This document shows positions 35,518 through 47,925 of a stretch of 64,000 bases of DNA, one piece after another. The notes beneath the pieces were generated by a model. That model was not told where the DNA came from. It saw only the letters and a list, made by a program, of their open reading frames with translations, and ran no database searches. A program made the translations under genes and the position numbers. Source of the stretch: Curvularia clavata (taxonomy: Eukaryota); contig CP089279.1 in assembly GCA_023920165.1 (NCBI GenBank), forward strand, positions 1,798,001 through 1,862,000. The letters are read 5' to 3'. Within the stretch, counting starts at the first letter, position 1, and every line of letters starts with the position of its first letter.

Positions 35518-37183
35518 TCAAGGGCTAGATTGCTCCTCTGCTGTTAATCTTCGCGCTAGTTCAAGCCGTAGTTCCGCATGATGCGTCCTGAGATACGTCT
35601 TCTTCCCAGTTACGAGCCAGAAGATTGTTGCTAATACAAGCATAACGCCGAAAACGGCTATAGCCCAGTTCATATCTTCAATAGTAGGGTCTGGATTTCC
35701 AGGGAAGAAGAAGAATACCGTCGTAATAGCACAGTAGATTATGCTGATCCAGTTGCAAATCGGTCCCAGTCTGCCTAGATCGAACCTCCCACCTGCAGGT
35801 AGCTTGTCTCGTCCAGTAGCCACCAGGCAGATGATGGGGATGCCGTAGGATACTGTCAACGCAATTGTGCTCACGCTGAGGATAGCTTGAAGCACTTCGG
35901 ACGCGAAGAGGTATAGGACGCCAATGAGACCAATGACGATCCCTTGTAACCAGAGTGCTCGCACAGGACATCTCCAAGTTACGCTAATATGAGAGAAATA
36001 TTCACTCCAGGGAAGTCCGCCGTCCCGAGCAAAACCCCATGTCAAGCGGCTTCCAGTCGTCGCAATGCTAGTGCCTTGTCCCAAACCGTTAAAAGTAAAG
36101 AGGGCGATTAGAGCGCAACCGCCTCTCAAGCCAACCGTCTGCTGGATAAGCTCGATAAATGGTAGCCCTGTTGGACCATCAATTACGAGATCAAGGTTCT
36201 GTATACAAAACAAACAGACTACCATAAAGATAAACCCGCTGATTGCTCCGCACAGGACAGCTAGCCAGATAACTTTAGGGCCATTTGTCCTCGGAGAAGG
36301 AATTTCTTCGATCACTGTAGGTGCTCAGTCAGTCCAACATGTAGAAGCAATCCATACTAGCGCTCTTACTGTGTATGGCTGAGTCAAAAGCTGTTAGTCC
36401 ATAAGCCGCTTGTAATAATCCAAGAAACCACACCACCCCATCACCCCATGCAGTCTTGTTCTCCCAGTGTCCAAACACGAAGGCCGCAGGTTGGTAATGC
36501 GTGTTGTCCTTCGCGCCCACCGATATCAAGAGGGCCATAATGAGGGCGAAAAACAACCCAACAAACCAGACTCCTACCGAGTTGTTGAATCGAGGTAGAA
36601 ACCTGTCCCTCCGACACGCAATGACGTTAATAACAGTGAAGAGAAATGTGACACCTAGGTAAACGAGCAGCCGTACCCATCCTTCGTCTGCTCTTTTCCA
36701 CTCCGGATTGAACATGACCTTCATGCCTAACAAAAATTGGGTCATGAAGGCCACCTGACTAGCGGTCAGTGTCCACCATCCAAACATATTAATCCAAGCC
36801 GTCAGATAGGATAGAAACCTTCCCAAGCTGGTTCCCATCAGTCGATGCACATAGTATGCTTGTCCTAACGCCGTAGGCATAGAGGAACAGAGTTCGCCCA
36901 ATGATAAGGCAACGCACGTATTACACGCGAAGACAAGTACCAAGCCCCAAAGAATCGCAATGGGTCCACCATTCGTGAGTCCGGAACTAAAGCCTTGTGC
37001 AAACGTAGAATAGGTTCCCAAGATACAGAAGGACATGGCCAGCAGAGACATGAGATCGAATTTGAGAGTCATCTCAGCGACGTGGTTCGTGGAAGTCCCG
37101 ATCTCGATATCATTTTCGATCGGAGTCGTGGACGCTCGACGACCGGAGGACTTAGTAGTTTTAGTGGTGTCTGTGTCAGTCAT
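35518..37183 (-). CDS. APC-superfamily amino acid/choline/GABA-type permease, ~536 aa, two exons
   Basis: GGP...WG, ELCSSMPTALGQAY, AFDSAIHMIEEIP across intron 36369-36315, SRLTWGFARDGGLP; many hydrophobic helices. Confidence 0.92.
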
Positions 37184-38006
37184 GTTGGTTTTTTTTCTGA
37201 TGGATTTGATTACTTTGCGACTCAACCGCCGATGGGCGATGTTGTCTCATAATGTGTGCGGCCTTCGATGCGGGGGAGGAAATAAACCCCTCAATTACTT
37301 TCGTCCGAGCCTCTAGACTTACCAAATAGGTTCTGACAGGGAAGGGTGAAGCATGTCACAGTGGCACCTATTATGGTGGGCCAGCTAACAACTCGCCGAG
37401 AGAGAACGAGAAGCGGGTGGGAACGATCGCTGAGCTAGTCCCAGAAAAGAAAGTCCTTGCGGAACAGCCTATGTTCGTATTAGTGAGAACGACATAGTAA
37501 CCAAACATGTACAATTGCCCTTCTGAATACCACATGCAGTAAAGCTTGGTTTCTATGTCCTCTGAATACCCCGCCTCATTGCTTCGCTATCACTGTGCCA
37601 ATTTGTTTGGAACAACTACTCCTCACGGACGTGAATATTGTTGATCAAGTCGCCGCCACAAACGATAGCGCTAATCAAGGTGTCTAGGCACCCATAGAAC
37701 CCAATAACGTGTTTACTAGGGTTACCAAGGACACTAACAAGAAACTCGGTAAATTCAGCTTCAAGATTAACCACATGGTCATCCTAACGTCAAGAAGAGC
37801 CATGTAATCCGGCATACTTCAGATCAGCTCCAATGCTCACAGATGCTAGGTAACAATTCTATTGTTCGAAAAATATCTTTCTCAAGGGAGCAACCATAGT
37901 GGAATATTCAAGCTTGGTATTTTGCAAACTTATAGCATTTTTGGTTTAACTGAATGAGTAATTATCAGTGTGTTCATTCGTCTCATCCATACCTCCAGAT
38001 TGACAT

Positions 38007-40234
38007 TCAAAGCTTGGAATATTTGCAACGACTATCATCTGGTTGAAGAACCTTCGGACCCACAAAGCACTTGCGAAGGTCTTTTGAGCTCAGGTCCCGA
38101 TCCTGGCTGGTTGGTGGAACCCACAAAGCTGGGTTCTTCTGAAAGAAATTGCTGGCCCGTAGCATGATACTCAGTGGCTCGGCTGGCATCAGTGGGAAAT
38201 CCTCCGTGCGCGGGAAGTGTGTGATGCCAAATTGGAGCCAGCAAACAATGTCTGTGTTTTCGATCGAGTCATTGCGTTCCGACCAGTCCACAAGGGACTC
38301 GTTGTTTGGCCAGCCAGGCACACCATTGGATTGACACACATAATTGCCTGCTGGGAACAGCTCATTTACGTTGTACTTGGTGACCCACAATGTCTTGCGA
38401 GTGAAACCTGCGCGTTTCCAAACAAGACCCCCAGGCTGGCAAAGTAGACTGGGTGACTTTCTACTGATGATCTTGTAGCCCACCGGCTTCTTGCACGCTG
38501 GATTAATTTTTTGCGGGTTAATTATATCCCATGTGCGCGATGTCTCGTGTCTGTAGTCGCAAGCGCCCTCTTTACTAGTCTTGAGCAGTGTCTTTTCGCA
38601 GTAAAAGGCATTACCGTATAGATTTCCTGGCTGGCCTGCTGGAATAGATGACATTACTGCGTCATTTTGAACAACACTGTTGTTGGGACTGTCTAAGTGG
38701 GAATCGACTCTCAAGGAGAAGATATGCTGATGATTGTGCGCATTCAGTCCTGGTGCCATACGACTGCCGTATGTTTGCCGTAATTCCTCGGATTCAGTCA
38801 AGGGCACGGTGTTGAAAATTCCTGTCAGTTTCACCTCAAGCTTGTATGTTACATCTAGCTGGAAGGTGTGATAGAAGCCATACTCATAATTGGCTGCTGT
38901 GATGATCTGGGAGATGATAAGTTTCCGGTCTCTCGCCACAACAGTGCTCCCATCGCGATAGTCCATATGCTTGTAGAGCAGACCGTTGTCTTCTTCATGA
39001 ATGCAGACTGCGTTCGGCAGGACTGCAGCATAGCCATGTCGCGTCGACAAAACGGCGTCGAGATATTGTATGGCGCCCTTGCAATCGCATCCGGCCTTCA
39101 AGCTATGTGTCATCAAACCTGAAAGTTTTAGCAACTGATTACTAAGAATGTTTACTCTTTTATCAACTCACCCATGCCATATTCCCCAATATCAAAGGCA
39201 TGCTTACGATGGTGCGGAATGTCGGGATTTCCATAAGGTACCACCATCTCGGCCACGCTCAGGCGATTGAATAGCATGCGCTGACGATTTTCATGCATGT
39301 CGTGTATCGAAACATCCGAGAGAACGATCCCCTCCCTATAATTAAACCCAATATGCATTTCGAAGCCGGCCCAAGAGATACGATTTCCCTTCATGTTGAA
39401 CGAAACACCCTTGGGCTGTGTAATCTCTATAGGCTTCAGTCGGTCATAGCCATATCCATGGCTGACAAGGGGCGGAAAGTAATTCTGTTGTTGACGTGGT
39501 ATTGGCACTCTTTGCCCGTCCACCTTTCGGATGTCGATACGAAGCACCTCTTCCTTTTCCGTATCGACAACAACAGTAAAGTCCAGAGGATGAGCATACT
39601 GATTGTCATCTGGTGAAGCTCGCCAATACGCAAGTCCTTGTTGAAGTCGACGATCGAAACCAAAACGTTCGTCAGCACCGATCGCCCAACCGTCAAAGTA
39701 TACAGTGCTCATGCCATGTATTCCGAGCTCTTTGCAAGTCGAATGACACCGGCATCATTGTGGGCCACGCTCTCGCAGATGTCCAGATCTTCTAAAGTAA
39801 GGATAGGCAAGACATCTGGCACGCTCTTCGTTCCTACGATGACTCGCTTAGACAAGCTGACGATGAGCTCGTGGACGAGACATTCACCATCAAAGAGAAG
39901 GATTATGAAAGCTTTTCGATCTGGTCGTGGTCCTTGATGATCACGAAAAGCCACACACTCTGCCTTTAGTGGCTCCTTCAAGGTAATCCTGTTGAACTTC
40001 AACCTCCTTAGACCGTAATGGGACCTGATGATCTCGGCTGCTTGGGTAATTTCATGCACTGAAAGTTGGTCTATTGCAAAGATTTAGCAGTGCTCCACAA
40101 GTATATTCCAAGAACTGCCTACCTAGTGGATGAGGTTGATCTGCTTTGGTGATCCCATCATCAGCCATGTAATGAGCAGCTGCTTGAGGTGTGTAGACCT
40201 CATAGCCAGGAATAATCTCAGTATCAGGGCCCAT
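38007..40234 (-). pseudogene. Peroxisomal copper amine oxidase with a 1-bp frameshift near 39738
   Basis: HPLDQLS across intron 40122-40071; intron 39171-39119; TPQ motif TAANYEY; Cu ligands HNHQH and THFP; C-terminal SKL; frame break between ...VIR and CKELGIHGMSTVY. Confidence 0.88.
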
Positions 40235-41287
40235 GTTTGCAGCTTGATGGCAGATGCCGATAGTATGAGAAGTACAAAGTATTGAGGATAACTTGAAGAA
40301 GATGAAGATAAAGACGACAGATTTGAACCGTGTTCTGATCACACTGGGAGTGCTGAAGTAACGAGGAGTTTCTAGGATCTGAAGTCTTACGGATGATAGA
40401 AATGTGATTAATATAGTCAATGTAGAAAGACCAAGCTGAAATCGTAAGTCAAGCCATTCGTATGGACCTGCCCTATTGGGAACTCTTCTATGACCATTCC
40501 CCATGGGGACTTTCTTACGATAAATGTTTGGCAAAGACCTAGTCTGTCACAAGATCCATCCAGCTGTGGGAAGTGCAGACCACAAAATCCCAGGATTGCG
40601 ATCCAAAACTCCGTCTTTATACAATTCCATAGCACAGATGGACGCCATGTTCATGCGTGTGACACATCATAAGTCAACATTAACGCAAAGAGGTATCTAG
40701 ACTGTGGCTCTTGCCTTGATGTTTTTGAAAATATATGTATTTGAACTAGGATTCTTCTTTCAGTGTTCTTGCACTATATAGATATTTCCACTGCCGGAAG
40801 AGTGGAAAGGGAATATGGATTTAACTATTCGATCAACTTCTAAAATCTTTCAAATCAACCGGAAACTTATGGGAAGATCTACGCACAGTGAGCTTTGACA
40901 CGCATCTGCACTATCTTCAACCTTGCACGCCTCCTGTGCACAAGCCCTCATTTCGCCTCCGCTATTGTTGGGTGGTGTGCAAAGACGCGCGTCGAAGTCG
41001 CGTATTGATATCCGGTCCAGATTCCAAAACCAGTAACAAGAAGGGCCCTAGGTCTGTGCTCGATCTGTCTATGAATAGTAGCCTGTCGGGTCCCGTCGCG
41101 GTCCATTATCGGCACTTCCGCCGTGGAGGTTGATAGACTCTGGCTCCGTCTTCCCATGTAGGAAGGTCCTACCGAACAGTTCACGGTCTTGTCCACCTTA
41201 CCCTATGAATGACTTTTACAACGGCAACGGCTGCATCGATTATCAAGGTGTGCCAGTCATCTCAAATGTCCTCTCTTGGAGAATATT

Positions 41288-42900
41288 ATGGCGCGGCACG
41301 CTCTCGCAAGCACTCTCACCATTCCCAATTGTCAGGTGTACATATAATCTCTGGTGCTCTTCATCGGCAATGAATTTGTGCAACCAAAAAGCGGCAAGAA
41401 GATCGCTCCTATGAGCCCTGCGCATGAGCATAAGTCACTCACTAGAATGACTGTTATGTCAATAATTTACCAGGACCGAGAAGTTGACTGCCAAAGTTCA
41501 AGCTGCTTCTGTTGAAGATGTAGACAAAGATATTCCTATAGCCAGAAAAGCTTTGAAGGATTCCAAATGGAGAATCTATGCTCGACAGATAGAGGAACCC
41601 TGCTATCAAATCTAGCGGACTCGGTTGAGAAGAACGAAGAGGTACTGGCTGCAGTGGAAGCATGAGATAACGGTAAGATCTACGAATATGACAGTTCAAA
41701 TAATTGAACTTCTGTACAAGTTCTGACCAGTAAACTATGGAAGCCTTGTAACATAGCTCTAAAAGATGATCTGCGCGAAGAGATAAGAACATTGAAATAT
41801 CGTAGCGGCTGGGCCGACGAAGTTTTCGACGATACGATAAACACTACAGTCGAGGAGTTTGCACACACACTGCACCAGCCTGTCGGCGTTGCATCATAGA
41901 TAATCCCTTAGATCTATCTACTTACGATGGCGGATTGGAAGCTTGGTCTGGTCTTAGCCAGTAGTAATAGTATTATGCTTAAAGCAGCTGAACAATTGCT
42001 CTTTAGTTGGTTAAAAAAGCGGGATTTCCGCCTGGTATATTCAATTTTATCAACGCGTATGGATAAGAGGCAGGCATGGCTTTAGTCAAACACTTAATTG
42101 TCGACAAGGTGGCCTTCACATAGTCTACGGTGACTGATAAGGCGATTATGCGACTCCCAGCTGTATCATTATAAAATATCACTCTAGAGACTAGTGGGAA
42201 ATCCGCATTACTGGTTTTTGGGGATGTGGATTTCGAAAAAGCTGTGGCTTGGACACACGGCGGAATAATGTTTAATTAAAAACAAATCTGTATGGCAATA
42301 TCTCACATCCTCATTCAGCGATGCATTCTTGATGAGTTCCTGATTCGTTTCCGCATGACTGTCGCCGAAGTATCAGTCACCGGAAATCAACGGGATCCAA
42401 ACAATTTTCAAGAGCCACAAGTATCACGTTTTTAACTGGATAAAATTCTCGAATGTGCAAAAATTGGCGAAACGGTGTGGGAGAAGCTGGAGATAGGACG
42501 TGAGGCATCACCTATCGATGGCAGAGGCTTCTTTGTGCAACCAACGGTATTTTCTCAAGTAGAAGAGAGCATGGGATCTGACAAGAAGAGGTCATTGACC
42601 CTTTTGTGACTATCGCAATCTTCGAAACAGAGGACGAGGCCATGGCATTGGCTAACGTTTTGACACATGAACTTAGGGCTGCCGTGTTTGCATGTGACCT
42701 TGTCAGAGAACATAAGGCCACGTCAGAAATCGAATCTGGCATGGTGTGAATCAATTGAAGTCGAGACACGGACCCTTAGATCCCCTTTAGTGGTGTCAAA
42801 CAGACTGGTACTGTCGAGAACTTGTTCAGACCGGCTTAGAGGCTTAAACGCAGATCAAAGCCGTTCATGTCAGTGTGTGGGCCAAGGTCTGAATGTTCGG
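41288..42900 (+). pseudogene. Aldehyde dehydrogenase pseudogene
   Basis: LFIGNEFV, EDVDK, EAxDNG|GTAAG, GWAD, QPVGV..QIIPW-like, LETxGKS, QIKAVHV; many stops and frameshifts. Confidence 0.88.
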
Positions 42901-43639
42901 GACATGATTGCGTTGTGACTATAGTTATAGTGCTACACGGGATTGGGCTATACTTCTTTAGTCTTGGTCTAGGTCAGGGCGAGATGAACCGTGCAATTGT
43001 CATGGCGATCCCGTGGACAAGATTCGTAGGAGTTTAACTGAAAGAGTGAAAAACGAATAGCCCCTGTCTGTAACCACGCTGTCTAGCAACTTCCCGCTGA
43101 GCCGTTGAGTGATCTGCTCCAAGTCTACTCTGCCTATTGCCCCCTGGCTTGAATTATCTTACACCTCATGTAGATAACTTAAACGCGAAATAATGCGACC
43201 CATCGCGATAGAAAATTATTATGTCTACATCCTGCCCCAACGGTCAGCAAGCCACACAGGCTCGTGAGACATTTTTGCCGAGCTTTTACTACAATTTATA
43301 CTTGATTCTAACATTGTAGTAACAAGTGCATACGATATACTCTAAAGAATTGCCTACATATATAGATTGACTATCTAGCTAAGATCTGCTTACAGATTTT
43401 GAGCTATAGAAGTCTACAACTATCATAGCGCGGTATTGAGTAAGAATTAGTTTCATTGAAAAGCAAGTAGCACAGTCTATATCTAACGTGTATTAACGAA
43501 TTCTATCTATCATAATCAGAGTAGCCTAGATAGAGTGGGTACATCAGTAGAGGCTTGGCAAAAGTCATATACGAACCCATGTGATGCACGAACACGAGAG
43601 GTACTTTATTCCATGCAGACATTCAACTATATACTACAC

Positions 43640-46031
43640 CTATGTTTTCAAGATACTAGCAGCAAGTAAGATTGCGTCGCTAGTTTTCTGAACCCACTCC
43701 TGAGCTAGTTGGGCGTCTTCATCAAAGGTGATACTCTCTGTAATACCGGGGAAGGTGACGGGGGCATATCCAGTGTCCCTTCCAGGAGCAAAGATCGTGT
43801 GTTGATAAAATTCACGCGTAGGCAAACCACCCTGGCTAGTGAAGCCACGGGAGAAGTCGCGAGCCTTGTGGTTCTGGACGGTGACGAGCATGGTGTCATT
43901 AGCAGCAACCGCTTGCTCTCGGAGCTGGACAAACTCTTGAGCCGAAGTCTCAAACTGCGATATTGCCGCTGTGAGGTTCGTCAGATCAATGGTGAATTTA
44001 CTAGCGCTTATATCTCCTTTCAAAGCCTCGACATATTTGTTGAGTTCAGCAACGTAGTCAGCTGGCTCGAGTGGTACAACAGGATCGGAGACCATGTGGT
44101 AAAGGAGGAGTGTAAGGAATTGGCCCATGGCTTTGTGTGTAGTAAAACCCGGATCTCCAAATGTTGACATCCAGTGGTAAGAATCATAGTTGGAGTGATA
44201 GGGATAGACTGGGTCATTCGGTCCACCGCCGGCTCCCATGTCTATCGATGCGATACCGCGATGAAGAAACGCAGTGTAGTCGCTTCCACTGCCGAGAACG
44301 CCAACTTCTCCAGACTCATGCATCCAAACGTCATACATGGTAAGACCAGTTTCGTTCCGGTAGGGGTATACAATCTTCTTCATCAGGGAGGTGGCAATGG
44401 CATGGAGATCAGGTGTTGCTGAAACGTCTGGGATCTATACATTTGACCGAAGTCGTCAGCGTGGTTTACCTTGTTGTCAGACGAGTGTTCGCTTACCGGG
44501 CCTGAGACTGCTACGTCAATGTTCAAATAAGAGACGGCGGCGTTCTTGAGCCATGGAATGTACTCTTCCATCCATTCAGTGCTAGATAGGTAAGCGAAAG
44601 TTTGTGAATTCAGAGCATGGCAGACGATACCTTCCAACCAAGCCATACTCTTCAGCATCCCAACTACAGAGCACGATGGTACGAAGAGGCTTCCACCCAG
44701 TCTCGGATAGCGCACCAAACGCTTTGGCTAGCTCGATGAGCACTGCAGATCCAGAGTTGGGGTCAGCCGCCCCACCGACAATCCAAGCATCTCTGTGGTT
44801 GCCAACGATAACCACTTCGTCCTGGTTGGTTCCGTTGATAACGCCAACGGCGTTCCAGATTGTGCCATATGTGTCATTCATAACATTAGACATGGATAGC
44901 GTCGCACCAGATCCCTCACCTGTGTAGTATTCTACACCTGGGATGGCCCCAATCCAACGTGTCCTGTTGACTTCAGTGCCATTGGTACCATGGCCATTGA
45001 GAGCTAATAGCAGTGGCTGTGCTTCAATCCATGAGATGGGCAGGCTGGGAATCTGGGGGATGATGTTGCTGCGATCGGAGCGCGGCGAGTCTGGTTTGGA
45101 AACGTAACCGGGCGTAGTTGGATCTCCCGGATATGTGCTTAGGAACTGAACAGACCCACGCTGAACGGTGGTAGGGTTTCTAGCACCGCCATGGGGGTAT
45201 GGAGCAACGCCTTTGGCCTCGGTCATGTTGCCATCGTCGCCAGGGTCGGTGAAGATGACGGCTCCAACCATGCCATGATCTTGGGCGTTTTTGACCTTCA
45301 GGCCGCGGAAAGGTCCACCATACTTGGCCAATGCGATTTTGCCCTCAAGTTGGACGCCAAGCTCCATCAAGCGATCGAAGTCAACTTGCTGGCCCCTGCC
45401 TACATAAACATACTCTGCAGAGGCGTTTCCTGTGAAGGAGTAGCCGTGGAAGGTTGGAATACTGTTTGGATAACTAGTTGTTGGATCTTCTTCAAGCACA
45501 GCCTCTTTTAGACTGGGGGTGTATGTGCTGCCGTTCTGGTAGGTGAGCTTCAAGGAGTTGGACACGGGATAGTTCAAAAAGACATCTGATAGCTGTTAGC
45601 CGAGAGATTGTCCTAGCTTGTCAAGAAGCATTTGCACGCACAGTACTCGTCCAGTCGTGACGTGAAACCATACTCGGCCCACTTGTCGGCTGTCCAGCTT
45701 GCTGTGGACTTTAGTCAGCTTGAGAAACAATGGTTGGTGAAACATAAAAGTTACCCATGGATTTGTTCTGGCCAGCTAAGTGGGCACCATGAGCTGTGAT
45801 GTGTTAGTGATGCTTGCTATATGGGCGTTTGTGGCACGTACTGTAATAATATGACCACTCTGATATAGAGACAGCGTCGAAAGAGTTGAGCAGTATCTCC
45901 TCATGAGCAGTCAAGGAGGGTGGAAAGGACGTCTGCCGCTTTACGTGGTTATGAGGATGGTGCTGGAAAGCACGTTCACGCTGGCAAGCCTGAGCGCCAA
46001 TGGCTGCGAAGACCAAAAGCGATGGTCTCAT
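43640..46031 (-). CDS. Secreted glutamate carboxypeptidase II-like peptidase (M28B; PA and TfR-dimer domains; Vps70/Tre-like), multi-exon
   Basis: Signal-peptide-like MRPSLLVFAAIGAQA; GNHRDAW, GAADPNSG, SWDAEEYGL, YLNIDVA, GSGSDYTAF, YHSNYDS. Confidence 0.92.
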
Positions 46032-47925
46032 TTTGGGGACGGAGTGGTTGACTGAGGGTTGCACACCTTGCCGGGACAGAAAGGGCATCTGAAAATCCCT
46101 GCGTATTGATGATCTTAAGTACCTGTCGGCAGATGCGGTAACCTTGAGCACGATAGCGTCAATGGTTTCTTTCACGGCATGATTTCCTCGAACAGAGCAT
46201 GATTGGCAGTGACGTTGGCTGCTGCATGCTTCGTATTCCAGGGCACAGGTGATTTTTGGTGTATGGAGGCAGCAGGTAGCTAGGGAACTAAGAGAGTTGA
46301 AGGCAGTTGGCTAACGCAGTGTGGAAGGTCGCACAGATAGCCATGCGGGAGACAACGTCGCCATGCTTGGCGACGAGGGATGACGATATTCATAGTGGGT
46401 CAACTTGTCAGCTTCTGGAATGCGCAAGAGATTGTGCGGAGGGAGCAAGTGGCCCGATTGACAGGACGGCGGTAAACAGCACATGTTGGTGACACCAGGA
46501 TCGTGTTTGGTGCATCAATGGCCAAGAGCCGCCGGACGACGAGTCGGAACATTGCAAGGGAAGCAAAAGACGAGATGCTGGCTGTGATGTCAGCGTAGAC
46601 GGGGCGTAATGGGCGCCGGGTACCGGGCACGACGCCCGGCTCAAGTGTAAGTAAGTAAGTACATGCCGTGCGGGGAAGAGTGGCGGGTATTGTGTACTCC
46701 CAACGCCCCTTGCTTGCAATTGAATAGTCGGCTCTGCCCACGACGCGCTTTGACTCTTCGTGTCTGCAGGCTCAGGAATGCGTAGATGCAGGGCGTGGTA
46801 ACTCTGAATGCGGCTCAATGGCACCAGCCATGAGGGCGGCGCGCAACCATGGCGAAGCCGGGGACATGGACTAAGGTCGGAGAGATATCAGGTTGGGATG
46901 CAAGAGACGCTAGACCTGTTTTGGATTAGTAGTCCTCCGCCATGACCAATGTAGTCGGACAAAAACTGCCCCAACAGTGAGCCATACAAGTACGTAGACT
47001 CTGGTAGAAGACACTCGTCAGCGTTTCCACATGCGAGTTGGAAGTTTGCTTCTGTATATACTGATGTTCCTCAACTCTATCATGTACTGTATTGTACTCG
47101 TTCAACCAAACTCTTGTTGCAAGTTGAGCCGTGTTTGTCCAGCTATTTCCGGTACATCAAGTGCACGCAACACGCACCGCACCTTCCTTGTGCACAACAA
47201 AAAACAAAGACAAGCCAGCACAAAACAAATATTCTTGTGAGCCATGTGCAGATGCTATAGCCTTGAGGGATTGCAAAATCGCTCGTTTACGAGATGCACT
47301 AAAAAGTGCGAGACTGCTTCCTTGTCAACTTACACAGCGGGAACCATATTACCGCTGTCGCTTCACGACGCTGCGCCAAATGACAATCGAGTATTGAACA
47401 ACGACTGAACTTCAACCATATATATATGTATATCTGCAAATCGCACCCCAGCTAATCATTGAACTCCCATAGTTCTACTCGCTCACCAAACCTTGCCGAT
47501 ACCAGATAGGTACACCCGTGTTGTGCTGTTGCACTCTATTTCCGGCTTCCCCGACGCACCGACCGACCGCCGCCGCCGCCAGATCCACCGCGCCCACATT
47601 ACAGTACCACCCGTTTGAGGAGAGGCACCGACGCTGCGCCCGTCAACAATTACTTCGAGCTGCCGGCAGCGCAAAACGTCGCGGTGATACCACCGGCGTC
47701 CAACAAAGCTGCCTGCATCAGCACGCTCGTTGAATCGGCAGCAGCCACACATAGACGACGCGCCGTCTGGCGTGCCCAGTCGGAGACGCCCCCAATTCTC
47801 CGTCTCTTTGTGATTTACGACAAGATACCTTCGTTTCGAACAAACACCAACCCACCCATTGTCGTTCGCTTCAAAGGCTCGCCAGTCGCCACCGCTGTCG
47901 CCATTCTGGCAACATTGCTATCGCC

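Noticed and set aside
1..43500. Starship giant transposon carrying the amine cluster
   Set aside because: No tyrosine-recombinase captain or other Starship accessory gene is recognisable in the window.
46100..47900. Short ORFs between the carboxypeptidase and GAS2 genes
   Set aside because: GC-rich divergent promoter/UTR region; no domain evidence.
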